Assembly: GCF_039654945.1 (NCBI RefSeq)
Contig: NW_027361824.1
Location: 10,974,001-11,038,000, forward strand
DNA: 64,000 nt
DNA from: Dendrobates tinctorius
Taxonomy: Eukaryota
Direction: 5' to 3'
A model generated the notes under the pieces. It saw only the letters and a list, made by a program, of their open reading frames with translations, had not been told where the DNA came from and did no database searches. The translations under genes and the position numbers were made by a program. Below, one piece after another: positions 51,681 through 64,000 of the stretch; positions within the stretch are counted from its first letter, which is position 1; the number at the start of each line of letters is the position of its first letter.

Positions 51681-51846
51681 AATTTTATTTCTATAGCGCC
51701 GACATATTCCGCAGCACTTTACACTTCAGATATATATTCTAGAAGAGATACCGTATATAAAAAAAAAATTAACATCACGTGGATCCTAGCGATACAGCAT
51801 CACTATATGATAAATGGTGGCAAATTATTACATGATGGTAATTTAA

Positions 51847-52157
51847 AGGGATTGTTCATCTTTGGGGGGGGGGGGTTTGCATTTTTTTTATTAATTATTA
51901 TATGCATTTATTTGGGGCTAGAAATCATTTTTACGATTGTGTTTTCTCCACTGTTTCGCGCCCCGCGTGACTCTTGCAGGCTCTTTATTTCCGTGTCGCC
52001 TGTGGTCACTAATCAGCGGAGGTCACAATGATACAAGCTCTGATGGATGAGGACAGAGGAGGAAATGGGGCAAAATGGGATGAAATCTAATGGAAAAAAT
52101 GATTTCTGGGCACAAAATAAATGCAAAAAAAAATGTTCTTAAAGGAGGACAGCCCCT
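51847..52157. mobile_element. TTAA-flanked T2/Kolobok-like MITE
   Basis: TTAA|AGGGATTGTTC...GGACAGCCCCT|TTAA. Confidence 0.6.
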
Positions 52158-52189
52158 TTAATAAAACTTACCGGTCCCCTAAGATTATG

Positions 52190-52800
52190 GCACTACAATT
52201 CCCAGCATGCACTAAGAGCTGAACGGTGTCAGGAGGAAACACTGAGAATTATAGTTATACAACAGCCCACAGGCAGAAGAGACTAAAATCAAACAACCAA
52301 CATGCCGGACTAAAAAGCTTTGTCATCCCCATTTTTCCCTTGCAGCCCCCACCTCAGACAGGAGGCCCAGTCACTCTGGATACAAATCCTGGCAGCCATC
52401 TTGGTGCAGGCAAAGCAAATCCATAACCGGAAGCGGGCGCCTTGGCCTGAAGAAGCAGCGTTTACTAAACAGGAAGTAGCTCTCTCCCGCCACTAGAGGC
52501 CGCCGCGCAGGAGAGATGAGTGTCTCTTCCTAAGGTGTTTTCTGCTGCGTTGAAAGCAATGATAAATTGGACTACGAAAAAATGGCGGCGGGCTTTGGTG
52601 GATATAGGGGAAACAAGGACAATAGTTAAATAAATATTTTTGTTAGTTCCAAGAGTAGAGTGGGACAAGATTGAAGAGAGGACACAGTGACACATGTAAA
52701 TGGCGAGTCTGGCCCAGGTGAGCACCTCGGTTTATTATGTCCATTATTCACTGTGTCTTATTGGGCTCTCTGCCTGTAGGGACCACAAGTCCCAGCCTGC
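52190..52800. promoter_or_regulatory. Bidirectional PAAF1/COA4 promoter
   Basis: ZNF143/SBS motif ACTACAATTCCCAGCATGC at 52192-52210 and a variant near 52781; ETS motifs CCGGAAG (~52427) and CAGGAAGT (~52470); YY1-like AAAATGGCGG (~52578); COA4 exon-1 donor CAG/GTGAGC at 52718. Confidence 0.75.
52353..52399 (-). CDS. PAAF1: PAAF1 exon 1 (coding part)
   Basis: CCAAGATGG start; MAARICIQSDWASCL(R), 47 nt, donor GTGGGG. Confidence 0.92.
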
Positions 52801-53043
52801 CTCATAGTGTGTGTGTGTTATAGGTTGTAATAACTGACACTTTTCTGATATATTTTAATTTGTCATCATTTTGAAGATTTTGTCCTTGATGTCAGTGAAT
52901 GGAAACCCCCTGGAGATCTAAGGTTGAGTCCATAGTTGCAGTCACAGCTGCCTCCAGCACAGATCCCATAAAAAATGGCCGAAAGGCTGCAGAATAATGA
53001 TTTATATATATATATATATATAAACTGCAATAAAGAGGAATAA

Positions 53044-53413
53044 GGGTATGTGCACACGGTGCGGATTATCCTGCGGATTTTGCTAAATCCGCAGGTAAAA
53101 TGACCTACGTTTTACCTTAGGATTTAGTGCAGATTTACTGCGGATTTTCTGCAGATTTACTGCGGATTTCCCCTGCGTTTCGACACTTGCGGATTCCTGT
53201 AATGGAGCAGGTGTCAAAACGCTGCGGATCCGCACTAAAGAAATGACATGCTGCGGGTATAAATCTGCGGATAAATCCTCAGCGTGTGCACACAGCCTAA
53301 ATCCTCAGCGTGCGCACAGCGTTTTTCATTTTACATAGACTTTAATGGTACTGTACACCGCAGGAGAATATGCTGCCAATCCGCAGCAGAATCCGCAACG
53401 TGTGCACAGACCC
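53044..53413. mobile_element. PIF/Harbinger-like MITE with GCGGAT subterminal repeats
   Basis: TAA|GGGTATGTGCACACG...CGTGTGCACAGACCC; a second related MITE follows (about 53417-53780). Confidence 0.7.
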
Positions 53414-54149
53414 AAAGGGTTCTTTTACATTTGCCGTGATTTTGCGGCCCCCAATAGATTTCTATGGGGCCTCAAAACTGTCCTGCAAAAATACATCGGA
53501 GTGCCGTTTATACGGCCGCGAGAAAATACAGAGCTTGCTCAATATTTTTCACAGCTTGCGGAGACGGCCGCAGTACATTTCAATGGTACCACAAAAACCA
53601 CAGTAGCTTGTTCTTGCGGTACGCCGTATTTGCAGATCGCCGTATTTTTCCCAACAATTTGTTAAAACAGCGATCCGAGAAGGTTTTTGGCGGCCCGTCT
53701 TTGCGGGAGACTTCAAAAATCACGGCAATACGGCCCGTAAAAAGGGGCCGCAAAAAATCCGGGAAGGGTAAAAGAAGCCTCCAAAAAATAACGTTTTTAA
53801 AGACATTAAACAAATCTCAAAACTTTGTATCGTCGCCTTTTTCACAATCCAAAATTAATTTAAAAAAAATGTACTATGTTCGGCATCGCCGCATCCGATC
53901 TATCAAAATGTGCCATTATTTTACCCATAATGGAAATGACATTAATAAAACCCCCAGAATTCGCATATTTAAAATTTCACAATAAAAAGTGATAAAGTCT
54001 CATGTAATCAAAAATGGTAGAAATAAAATCTACAGCTGTGTGCAAGGAAAACCCCGATACACCACACAGCTCCACTGATGGAAAAGACGAGTAGCCACAC
54101 AAACCAAAGTTTACTTTCCCTATCACGGGTTGTTAGGAGCCATATTTAA

Positions 54150-54555
54150 AGGAGTTGTCCTCTTTTTTAGGACTTTTTTTTTAAATAAAGTGCATGGATT
54201 TGAGGCTAAAAATAGTTTTTACAGTTGGGTTACATTAGAAATTTTGCCCACTTTTGCCCTTACCGGCTGTTTGTTTCCCTGTACATTTAACTTTGATGTG
54301 GTCTGTGTGATCAGAAATCAGCTCCAAAACAGACAGATAAAAGAGTTGCAGACGTTAACATCAGACCGAGCTCACTGAGGGATCCTCAGTAAACTCATTC
54401 TACAGCCAGCAATAGATATTGCTCTTCAGAGGTTATAGAAGGAAAAATGGTGTAAAATGTGTAATAAAACCCTATTGCAAAAAAATATTTTTAGCCCATA
54501 ATACATGCATCTAGTTAATAGAAAAAAAAAAGGTTCCCAAAAGTGGACAACCCCA
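54150..54555. mobile_element. TTAA-flanked T2/Kolobok-like MITE
   Basis: TTAA|AGGAGTTGTCC...GGACAACCCCA|TTAA, ending about 30 nt before the COA4 acceptor. Confidence 0.65.
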
Positions 54556-54591
54556 TTAATGTAGCCATTTTTCTTTTGTTTTGCAGTAAGC

Positions 54592-54855
54592 ATGGCAGTC
54601 CCGACGTCTCAACCTCACGACCGCAGTCGCAAGCAGCAGGACAAGGAGGAGGAGGACCCAGTGGATCAAATGATCGCAAGGACCGGTTGTACGGCGTTTC
54701 ACTACGCGGTACAGGAGTGTATGGCGGAGCACCAGGACTGGAGGCGCTGCCAGGACCAAGTGCAGGACTTCAGGAACTGTATGCAGGACTATCAGACGAG
54801 GAGGATGGAGGAGCTGAGGAAGAAGAGGGCTCACACGCCTGAGGCTGCTTCCTAG
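54592..54855 (+). CDS. COA4: Cytochrome c oxidase assembly factor 4 (CHCHD8), 87 aa
   Basis: EEDPVDQMIARTGCTAFHYAVQECMAEHQDWRRCQDQVQDFRNCM twin CX9C; acceptor ttgcag at 54586; ATTAAA at 54993. Confidence 0.95.
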   Translation: MAVPTSQPHDRSRKQQDKEEEDPVDQMIARTGCTAFHYAVQECMAEHQDWRRCQDQVQDFRNCMQDYQTRRMEELRKKRAHTPEAAS

Positions 54856-55209
54856 GGTCTCTACCCATGCACGCCGCCTCTGACGCCTGCACTGTGTGTG
54901 GCGGTCCATAGTCACATGACCAGGCCCCATATAGAAGACACTTCTCGCCTCTTTTCTTTGTGAAACCTTCTGTTCTTTATCTCTGGGATGTGATTAAAAA
55001 GTAAAAAGAAGTTTATATTAATTATTGATGATCACTGCGACTCCAACCCAATGGAGGAAAAAATGAGTGCAGTCCTCAGGTGCAAATTACCTGCAGACAT
55101 CCAAGATCCGAGCAGCCAGACTGCAGGGAAAGAGACCTCTGCTGCAGACTTCATACATGTGAACGGGGAGAGTCCTAGACAGGCATGGACAAAAGTGTTG
55201 GCACCCAGG

Positions 55210-55697
55210 CATGTGACCTGAAAGAGAAGAAAAACACGTTAAATTATACTCACCGGAGGGGGCGGTCCGGTCCGGCTCCTCCCATCTTCATACGATGCCG
55301 TCCTCTTCTCCCGTCCTGTCGTGGCTTCGGTGCAGGCGCACTGCTCTGCCCTGTTGAGGGCAGAGCAGGGTCCTGCAGTGCGCAGGTGTCGAGAGAGGTC
55401 TGGCGCCTGCGTACTGCAGTATTCAACAGGGCAGTGCGCCTGCGCCGGAGCTACTCCAGGAAGGGAAGAAGAGGACGGCATTGTATGAAGATGGGTGGTG
55501 CCGGACCGGACCATGACACCCACCGCAGCGATCCGCGCCCCCCCGGTGAGTATAATCTAACTCTTTTTTTCTTATCTTTCAGGTTACATCGGGGGATTAT
55601 CTACAGCATTACAGAATGCATTACAGAATGCTGTAGATAAGCCCCTGATGTCGGTGGCCGCAGCTGGTAGGGCAGAAAAAGGGGTGACAGACTCCCT
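55210..55697. mobile_element. Truncated copy of the 45465-46102 MITE family
   Basis: Shared internal palindrome and GTGACAGACTCCCT|TTAA end. Confidence 0.7.
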
Positions 55698-55701
55698 TTA
55701 A

Positions 55702-56250
55702 TGTCAGTGTCTTGCTGGCAGCTTCTTTTCGGCTGGTCATGTGATGTGGGTGGTGACCACTCCCACCTACTTTTAAATAATCACATGACACATCAGCTGA
55801 TCGTCGGTTATCGAGTTCTTCTGTGCCGACCAGCTAGGTGTGTGGCGCTCTCCTGTGCCGGTGGTGTTGTTGCTGTTGGAGTCCTGGTTACCTGGTGCCG
55901 TTTATTCTGCTGCTGTGGAGCTCAGCAGCAGATTCTCGGCTAAGTTTTATCCTTTCTGTCTGTCCCTTGTTTGTCTCTTTCCGTATGTAATATAATCTGC
56001 GGTGGGGAGGCTAACGTCCTTACCGGCCAGGGGACTAGACAGGGTTAGTAGAAGTGACAGCCATGGACTAGGCACGTGACGGCAGCGGAGGGAAGGACCC
56101 GTATAGGGCGTTAAGGAAGCTTAGGGACAGGCACAAATTGGTGTCAGGAGGTGTCCCATTCCCCGCTCCTTACTGTTTGGGTGGCCTTCTCCCGTTATGG
56201 ATGAAATATGTTGTGCTGTCCGTCGGACTTACCCGTGTGCGGACGTGACA
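55702..56250. mobile_element. Possible solo LTR
   Basis: TGTCA...TGACA termini; TSD imperfect (TTAA/TTAC). Confidence 0.4.
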
Positions 56251-56294
56251 TTACTATTTAAATAGACAAGAGAATGTGGGATGTCAGGAACTTA

Positions 56295-56705
56295 CCCATG
56301 GCAAATTATCCACAGAAGGAGAGAATTTGGCCCCCATGCAGACACTATTTTGTTAAAAAAAAATATATATTTTTTTAAGAAAATATGAAATAATTATGTG
56401 TTAACAAAAAGATAAAACCGATTTGATGAAAGATTGCAAGTCCTGGTTGTAGGCGCCGTGTTTGTTCAGATGGTGAGTGATGGCCGAGCTGGCACCACGG
56501 TGCGGTATGCTTGTGTATGACGCGACTACACCACAGGTTACCCAAGACCACGAGTCTGACCGGGCCACAGATTGTAACATGTCCAGAACATCACGTGAAT
56601 CCTGTAGATATCCAAGATGTACAAGGGAGAAGGCCGACCATTGCCCCAGACATCAACGCCCGAGACGATAGGAGGGAGAACAGGTTTGTGGACTTTGGGC
56701 AAAGC
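56295..56705 (-). pseudogene. Degraded Penelope-like reverse-transcriptase fragment
   Basis: Frameshifted motifs LPKVHK..PIVSG, YLQDSRDVL, WVTCGVVASYTSIPH, LTHNYFIF, MGAKFSPS. Confidence 0.7.
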
Positions 56706-57920
56706 AGTGCGATTGATATCCGACTGCAATGCGATTTTAACATGAGCTTTTACATATAGCAATTATCTGTCATTTACACATCGTTTTCATAGGAAATATT
56801 CTTCATAGCACACACACATAGATTAAAACCAGCAAATGATCTTCCGTGTGCAGAATATATACACATAGAATAGATGTATATATAGATGTCAGTGACACAC
56901 ACATATATATGTGTATTTATATTGCATAGAGAAATAGAAGAATAGCCGGTAATTCATCTGCCGTGTTCTGTAAAATCACTGCAGGAGCCGGCAGGATAGA
57001 AGAGATGGATTACATACAGTAAATACACACAGAATAGGTAGATATATAGATGTCAGTGACAAATACAATTAGGACAGCGTGTGCAGCTTACTGAACATGT
57101 ATTTCATTAATAAAAGATTATTTTTCGGGAAAACACGGCGTGGGCTCCCACATAATTTTGGTAACTAGCAGAGGAAGAGCCGACAACGGGGGGCAGATGT
57201 TTATAGCCTGGGGAGGGGGTAATACCCATGGAGCTTCCCAGGCTATTAATAACAGCTCACAACTGTATACTTAGCCTTTACCGGCTATAAACATGGGGGA
57301 CCCCCAAAAAATGACGTGGGGTCCCCCTGTAATTAATAACCAGCAAATGCTATGCAGACAGCTGCGGACTGATATTAATAGCAGGACCTGTCAGACGGCA
57401 CGAGCAGAACTTTCTCACGCTTGCGGTGCCGTCATAGAGGGAATAGCAATTCATAGGCAGACACTGTGCACACAGTTCTGTTTCTCCACTGGATGACAGG
57501 CTATATGGTCGCACCATGCAGCCTGCCTTCTACAGTAGATGTAGCAGAGCTGAACCCATCGTGGGACTAATGGATTAAAAGCATCTCTGCGGAAAGATGA
57601 GGAATTTTGTTTTTTTTTACCTCTTTTGCAGATGACAAGGGCATCGGTGGAATTAGGCAAGGTCGTAAGTATGATTTAATTAAGAATATTAAAGGAGTCT
57701 GTGTCTTTCTTTCAATTTAAGGACTTTTTTTCTGGGTGTCTGTGTTTTCTTACCATGTGACTGGGGTTAGTAATGGGGGTGTCTTATGGATGCCTCACCA
57801 TTCCAAATCTCGAAGCTTGATGTCACCAGAAAATACAAAGGTGACATCAACCCCTCAACTATTACCCCCACTTGCCACCACTTCAGGGCAAGTGGGAAGA
57901 GCAAGGCTAAGTGCCAGAAT

Positions 57921-59004
57921 TCTGTATTGGGCCCTCTACTATTTAATACATTTATTAATGATCTAGTGGATGGCTTACACAGTAAAATATCAGTATTTGC
58001 AGATGATACAAAACTATGTAAGGTAGTTAACACAAAGGAGGACAGTTTGCAACTACAGACAGATTTGAGTAAATTGGAGAATTGGGCTGAAAAATGGCAA
58101 ATGAGGTTTAACACAGATAAGTGTAAGGTTATGCACATGGGAAGGAGAAACAGATGCTACAATTACTTACTAAATGGGAAACTGCTGGGGAAATCAGACA
58201 TGGAAAAAGACTTAGGCATCTTAGTCAATAAGAAGCTAAATTGGAGTGCCCAGTGTCAGGCAGCTGCCACCAAAGCAAATAGGGTCATGGGATACATTAG
58301 AAGAGGTCTGGGGACACGAGATGAAAACATAATTCTCCCTCCGTACGAATCACTCATCAGACCACACTTGGAGGATTGTGTGCAATTTTGGACGCTGGTG
58401 CTCAAGAAAGACATTACTGAACTTGAAAGGGTTCAAAGGCGGGCTACTAAAATGATAAATGGAGTTGGTTCACTACAATACCCAGAAAGGTTATCAAAAT
58501 TAGGTCTATTTACTCTAGACAAGAGAAGACTTAGGGGAGACCTAATATATATGTACAAGTATATCAGAGGGCAACACAGAGATCTCTCCAATGAACTGTT
58601 TGTACCAAGGACTGTGACAAGAACAAGGGGGCATTCTCTTCGTTTGGAGGAAAGACCATTTCTGCACCATCATAGAAGAGGGTTCTTCACGGTAAGAGCA
58701 GTGAGGCTCTGGAATTCTCTTCCTGAGGAAGTGGTGATGGCCAACTCACTGAATGAATGGAAGAAAGGAATGGAGGCTTTTCTTGTGAGTAACAGTATAG
58801 AAGGTTACAAATAACAGAATATTATAGGTAGATGATTGACCCAGCTTAGGGGAAGGAATTTTTTTCCCTATGGAGAAAATTAGCTTCTACTCTGTGGGTT
58901 TTTTACCTTCCCCAGGATCAACAATGCAGAACAGCTGCACTAAAATAGGCTGAACTAGATGGACATAAGGTCTTCCTTCAGCCTTCAAAACTATGTTACT
59001 ATGT
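57921..59004 (+). mobile_element. 5'-truncated CR1 LINE (ORF2 C-terminus open to 58814)
   Basis: SVLGPLLF...FADDTKL...WQMRFNTDKCKVMH...LERVQRRATK; 3' end CTATGTTACTATGT; inserted into an inverted-repeat element (56860-57110 mirrored at 59005-59170). Confidence 0.9.
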
Positions 59005-59193
59005 AAATACATGTCCAGTAATTTGCATACACTGTACTAATTGTAATTGTCGCTGACATCTATATATCTACCTATTCTATATGTATTTATTGTATGTAAT
59101 CCATCTCTTCTATCCTGTCGGCTCCTGCAGTGATTTTACAGAATACTGCAGACGAATTACCGGCTTTTCTTCTATGCATTATAACTACATATA

Positions 59194-59870
59194 CAGTGAG
59201 TACGGAAAGTATTCAGACCCCTTTAAATTTTTCACTGTTTCATTGCAGCCACTTAGTAAATTCAAAAAAGTTCATTTTTTTCTCATTAATGTACACTCTG
59301 CACCCCATCTTGACTGAAAAAAACAGAAATGTAGAAATTTTCGCAAATTTATTAAAAAAGAAAAACTGAAATATCACATGGTCATAAATATTCAGACCCT
59401 TTGCTCAGACACTCATATGTAAGTCACATGCTGTCCATTTCCTTGTGATCCTCCTTGAGACGGTTCTACTCCTTCATTAGAGTCCAGTTGTCTATATAAG
59501 GCCTCACAGCTCCCAGTGCATGTCAGACAAAATGAGAATCATGAGGCCAAAGGAACTGGCCAAGGAGCTCAGAGACAGAATTGTGGCAAGGCACAGATGT
59601 GGCCAAGGTTACAAAAGAATTTCTGCAGTACTCAAGGTTCCTAACAGCAAGGTGGCCCCCATAATCCTTAAACGGAAGAAGTTTGGGAGCACCAGAAGTC
59701 TTTCTAGACCTGGCCGCCCAGCCAAACTGAGCAATCGTGGGAGAAGAGCCTTGGTAGGAGAGGTAAAGAAGAACCCCAAGAACACTGTGGCTGAGCTCCA
59801 CAGATGCAGTAGGGAGAAAGTTCCACAAAGTCAACTATCACTGCAGCCCTCCACCAGTCGGGCCGTTATG
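59194..59870 (+). mobile_element. 5' fragment of a Tc1 element
   Basis: TA|CAGTGAGTACGGAAAGTATTCAGACCC; MRPKELAKELRDRIV... transposase N-terminus, truncated. Confidence 0.85.
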
Positions 59871-59883
59871 GCAGAGTCTTAGG

Positions 59884-60490
59884 TGTCGGGTTCCTGCCTT
59901 CTGCGGTCTCCCATTCCACTCCAGCTGGAAAGGAGGCTGCTCAGCAGAGTCGTTGGTCCCAGCGCCTTGCCCAGGCTAATGCTAGACGTCTGGTTGCTCT
60001 TTCTGGCTCTAATATTGTATAATGCATGAGTCAGCAGCAAGCAGATGCTCCTGGGACTAAGTCCTGCTTTTCCCCTACTGAGCATGCCCGTGGGACGACC
60101 TCTCATTGGAGGTCACGTGCTCAGGTCCTGTGGCTCCGATTGGACCACCAGGAAGGTCCCGGAAGGCTGCAGCTATAAAAGGTTCGCATGGCCGCCCGGC
60201 CATGCGCTAATATAGAAATGTACTCTTTTGCTATAGTGGTGTGCATGATGATGAATGTCTGAATCTGGTGAATGACTCCGTATATACTCCCTCCCTTTGA
60301 TACGCATGCGAGTTAGGGTTCCAGAGTAGAGTCAGCACCGAGTACTGGCTCTGCCTAGCGCCGCAGTGCACTCAGCATTCTCTAGTCTATTAGCGCCTGA
60401 GGGCGTCAGTCACCAAGTGGCTCCAATACCGCTGGTACCGCAGCGTCTATCAGAGCCTACGCTGGTTAGTGGCGTCTGCCAGGGTAGACA
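59884..60490 (+). mobile_element. Possible solo LTR
   Basis: TGTC...GACA ends, TATA-like CTATAAAA near 60172; no TSD found. Confidence 0.4.
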
Positions 60491-62885
60491 AGAATATAAC
60501 TACTATAATACTGCCCCTATGTACAAGAATATAACTACTATAATTACTACTACTATAATACTGCCCCTACGTACAAGAATATGACTACTATAATACTGCC
60601 CCTATGTACAAGAATATAACTACTATAATACTGCCCCTATGTACAAGAATATAATTACTACTACTGTAATACTGCCCCTATGTACAAGAATATAACTACT
60701 ATAATACTGCCCCTATGTACAAGAATATAACTACTATAATACTGCTCCCTATGTACAAAAATATAACTACTATAATACTGCTCCTATGTACAAGAATATA
60801 ACTACTATAATACTGCCCCTACGTACAAGAATATAACTACTATAATACTGTTCCCTATGTACAAGAATATAACTACTATAATACTGCCCCTATGTACAAG
60901 AATATGACTACTATAATACTGCTCCCTATGTACAAGAATATAACTACTATAATACTGCCCATATATACAAGAATATAACTACTATAATACTGCTCCCTAT
61001 GTACAAAAATATAACTACTATAATACTGCCCCTACGTACAAGAATATAACTACTATAATACTGCCCCTACGTACAAGAATATAACTACTATAATACTGCC
61101 CCTACGTACAAGAATATAACTACTATAATACTGCCCCCTATTTGCAAGAATATAACTACTAATATTCTTGTACATAGGGGCAGTATTATAGTAGTTATAT
61201 TCTTGTATATAGGGGCAGTATTATAGTAGTTATATTCTTGTACATAGGGGCAGTATTAAACTACTATAATACTGTCCCCTATGTACAAGACTATAACTAC
61301 TATAATACTGCCCCTATGCACAAGACTATAACTACTATAATACTGCCCCTATGTACAAGAATATAACTACTATAATACTGCTCCTATGTACAATATAACT
61401 ACTATAATACTGCCCCCTATGTACAAGAATATAACTACTATAATTCTGCCCCCTATGTACAAGAATATAATTACTATAATACTGCCCCCTATGTACAAGA
61501 ATATAATTACTATAATACTGCCCCCTATGTACAAGAATATAACTACTATAATACTGCCCCCTATGTACAAGAATATAACTACTATAATACTGCCCCCTAT
61601 GTACAAGAATATAACTACTATAATACTGCCCCCTATGTACAAGAATATAACTACTATAATACTGCTCCTATGTACAAGAATATAACTACTATAATACTGC
61701 CCCTATGTACAAGAATATAACTACTATAATACTGCCCCCTATGTACAAGAATATAACTACTATAATACTGCCCCTATGTACAAGACTATGACTACTATAA
61801 TACTGCCCCCTATGTACAAGAATATAACTACTATAATACTGCCCTTATGTACAAGAATATAACTACTATAATACTGCCCCTATGTACAAGAATATAACTA
61901 CTATAATACTGCCCCCTATGTACAAGAATATAACTACTATAATACTGCCCTTATGTACAAGAATATAACTACTATAATACTGCCCCTATGTACAAGAATA
62001 TAACTACTATAATACTGCCCCCTATGTACAAGAATATAACTACTATAATACTGCCCCCTATGTACAAGAATATAACTACTATAATACTACCCTTATGTAC
62101 AAGAATATAACTACTATAATACTGCCCCTATGTACAAGAATATAACTACCATAATACTGCCCCTATGTACAAGAATATAACTACTATAATACTGCCCCCT
62201 ATGTACAAGAATATAACTACTATAATACTGCCCCCTATGTACAAGAATATAACTACTATAATACTGCCCCTTATGTACAAGAATATAACTACTATAATAC
62301 TGCCTCCTATGTACAAGAATATAACTACTATAATACTGCCCTTATGTACAAGAATATAACTACTATAATACTGCCTCCTATGTACAAGAATATAACTACT
62401 ATAATACTGCCCCCTATGTACAAGAATATATCTACTATAATACTGCCCTTATGTACAAGAATATAACTACTATAATACTGCCCCCTATGTACAAGAATAT
62501 AACTACTATAATACTGCCCTTATGTACAAGAATATAACTACTATAATACTGCCCCTATGTACAAGAATATAACTACCATAATACTGCCCCTATGTACAAG
62601 AATATAACTACTATAATACTGCCCCCTATGTACAAGAATATAACTACTATAATACTGCCCCCTATGTACAAGAATATAACTATAATATCGCCCCTATGTA
62701 CAAGAATATAACTACTATAATACTGCTCCTATGTACAAGACTATAACTACTATAATACTGCCCCCTATGTACAAGAATATAACTACTATAATACTGCCCC
62801 CTATGTACAAGAATATAACTACTATAATACTGCTCCCTATGTACAAGAATATAACTACAATACTGCCCCTATGTACAAGAATATA
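60489..62885. repeat. Second array of the 33-34-bp minisatellite, in opposite orientation to 37461-43975
   Basis: (CCCCTATGTACAAGAATATAACTACTATAATACTG)n with a local inversion at 61161-61258. Confidence 0.97.
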
Positions 62886-63126
62886 ATAATAATAATCTTT
62901 ATTTTTATATAGCGCTAACATATTCCGCAGCGCTTTACAGTTTGCACACATTATCATCACTGTCCCCGATGGGTCTCACAATCTAAATTCCCTGTCAGTA
63001 TATGTCTTTAGAATGTGGGAGGAAACCGGAGTACCCGGAGGAAACCCACGCAAACACGGGGAGAACATATCAACTCCTTACAGATGTTGTCCTTGGTGGG
63101 CTAACCACTGAGCCACCGTGCCGCCC
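62884..63126 (-). mobile_element. tRNA-derived V-SINE-like element, B-box region deleted
   Basis: A-box GGTGGCTCAGTGGTTAGC, V-domain GCGTGGGTTTCCTCCGGGTACTCCGGTTTCC, (ATT)n tail. Confidence 0.8.
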
Positions 63127-63305
63127 TGAACTACTATAATAATGTTATATAGGTCACAAATCGCTCAAAGAATTAAAACAGAAAAGTTTTATTTTGCTTA
63201 TTTTTAATCTTTTTGTTAGCTTCTGATTTCTTCCCCGCTGGTACACGGTGGCGGTTGTACAGTTCCTCCATCTGTGGCTCCGGTATTGGGCAGATGGAGG
63301 GTTTG

Positions 63306-63380
63306 TCAGTTTATTGAAGCTCTCAGGTTGTCCAGATCTGGCCGAGCCTTGAATCTTTCCAGGTAATCCGTGTCTGTGTG
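63306..63380 (-). CDS. MRPL48: Mitochondrial ribosomal protein L48, last exon
   Basis: HTDTDYLERFKARPDLDNLRASIN*; ctgcag acceptor; AATAAA (minus) at 63188-63193; known synteny with COA4 and PAAF1. Confidence 0.88.
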   Translation of the reverse strand, partial: HTDTDYLERFKARPDLDNLRASIN

Positions 63381-63494
63381 CTGCAGAGAAGAGAATTACA
63401 CAGCAAGTGTAAAAATGTGTATATACAGGAAAAAAAGTTTCAGAATATAAAATCAGAGAAATCAATCAACATAGCGACCAATCATATTTCTTAC

Positions 63495-63584
63495 CTCCTT
63501 TACCAATAATTTAACCCCTTCAGGCTGGTTCATGGTGAACACTTCTATGATAATGGGGGCCATGGTGGCGCTTACACCGCTAAC
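63495..63584 (-). CDS. MRPL48: Mitochondrial ribosomal protein L48, penultimate exon
   Basis: 90 nt, VSGVSATMAPIIIEVFTMNQPEGVKLLVKE, ttccag / GTAAGA. Confidence 0.88.
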
Positions 63585-63723
63585 CTGGAAAAGCAGGAGG
63601 TGAGACGTGAGAAAAGCAGCCGCAGTGGTCACCGCCCGCCATCTTGTAACTACGGCAGGATGAGGCTAATGGATTTATTAGAGGCTTATATCCATCTTCC
63701 TTACATTATCCAATATGTATATA

Positions 63724-64000
63724 CAGTGCGGAAAAAAAGTATTTAGTCAGCCGCCAATTGTGCAAATTCTCCCACTTATAAAGATGAGAGCGGCCTGTAA
63801 TGGACATCATAGGTGACCACAACTGTGAGAGTCACAATGAGAAAACAAATCCAGAAAGTCACCTTGTCTGATTTGGGAAGATTTATTTTGCAAATTATGG
63901 TGGAAAATAAGTATTTGGTCACTTAAAAACATGCAAGATTTCTGGCTCTCACAGACCTGTAACTTCTTATTTAAGAGGCTCCTCTGTCCTCCACACATTA
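63724..64000 (+). mobile_element. Left end of a Tc1 element (same family as 18509-20103), running off the window
   Basis: TA|CAGTGCGGAAAAAAAGTATTTAGTCAGCC; matches the reverse complement of about 19830-20103. Confidence 0.88.

Noticed and set aside
57786-57920. N-terminus of the 342-aa ORF as part of a real protein
   Set aside because: Fortuitous in-frame read-in from the host repeat; CR1 homology begins near 57921.

Overview
Vertebrate nuclear genomic DNA, very probably from a frog (inferred from the frog-type KRAB zinc-finger exons, TTAA-flanked T2/Kolobok-like MITEs and the many Tc1 elements). I assembled five spliced genes by hand from splice signals and protein recognition. (1) The 5' part of a KRAB zinc-finger gene on the minus strand, running off the left edge. 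(2) COA6 on the plus strand, 79 aa, head-to-head with the KRAB gene. (3) The complete 12-exon PAAF1 on the minus strand, 392 aa. (4) COA4 on the plus strand, 87 aa, head-to-head with PAAF1. (5) The last two exons of MRPL48 on the minus strand. Introns and intergenic DNA are dominated by minisatellites and transposons: seven Tc1/mariner copies (one with an intact 343-aa DD34E transposase), solo LTRs, CR1, Penelope and R4-like relics, a V-SINE and MITEs. The main highlights are an 8-kb Mutator-like element (9-bp TSD, FLYWCH relic) that fills PAAF1 intron 8 and carries a nested Ginger-like foldback, a Harbinger-like MITE, a solo LTR and a gag-protease-only Gmr1-like LTR element; canonical Tc1 excision footprints (TACTGTA) at the same minisatellite TA that holds a Tc1 insertion; and COA6 sitting next to the PAAF1-COA4-MRPL48 block. 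All homology calls are by recognition, not by database search.
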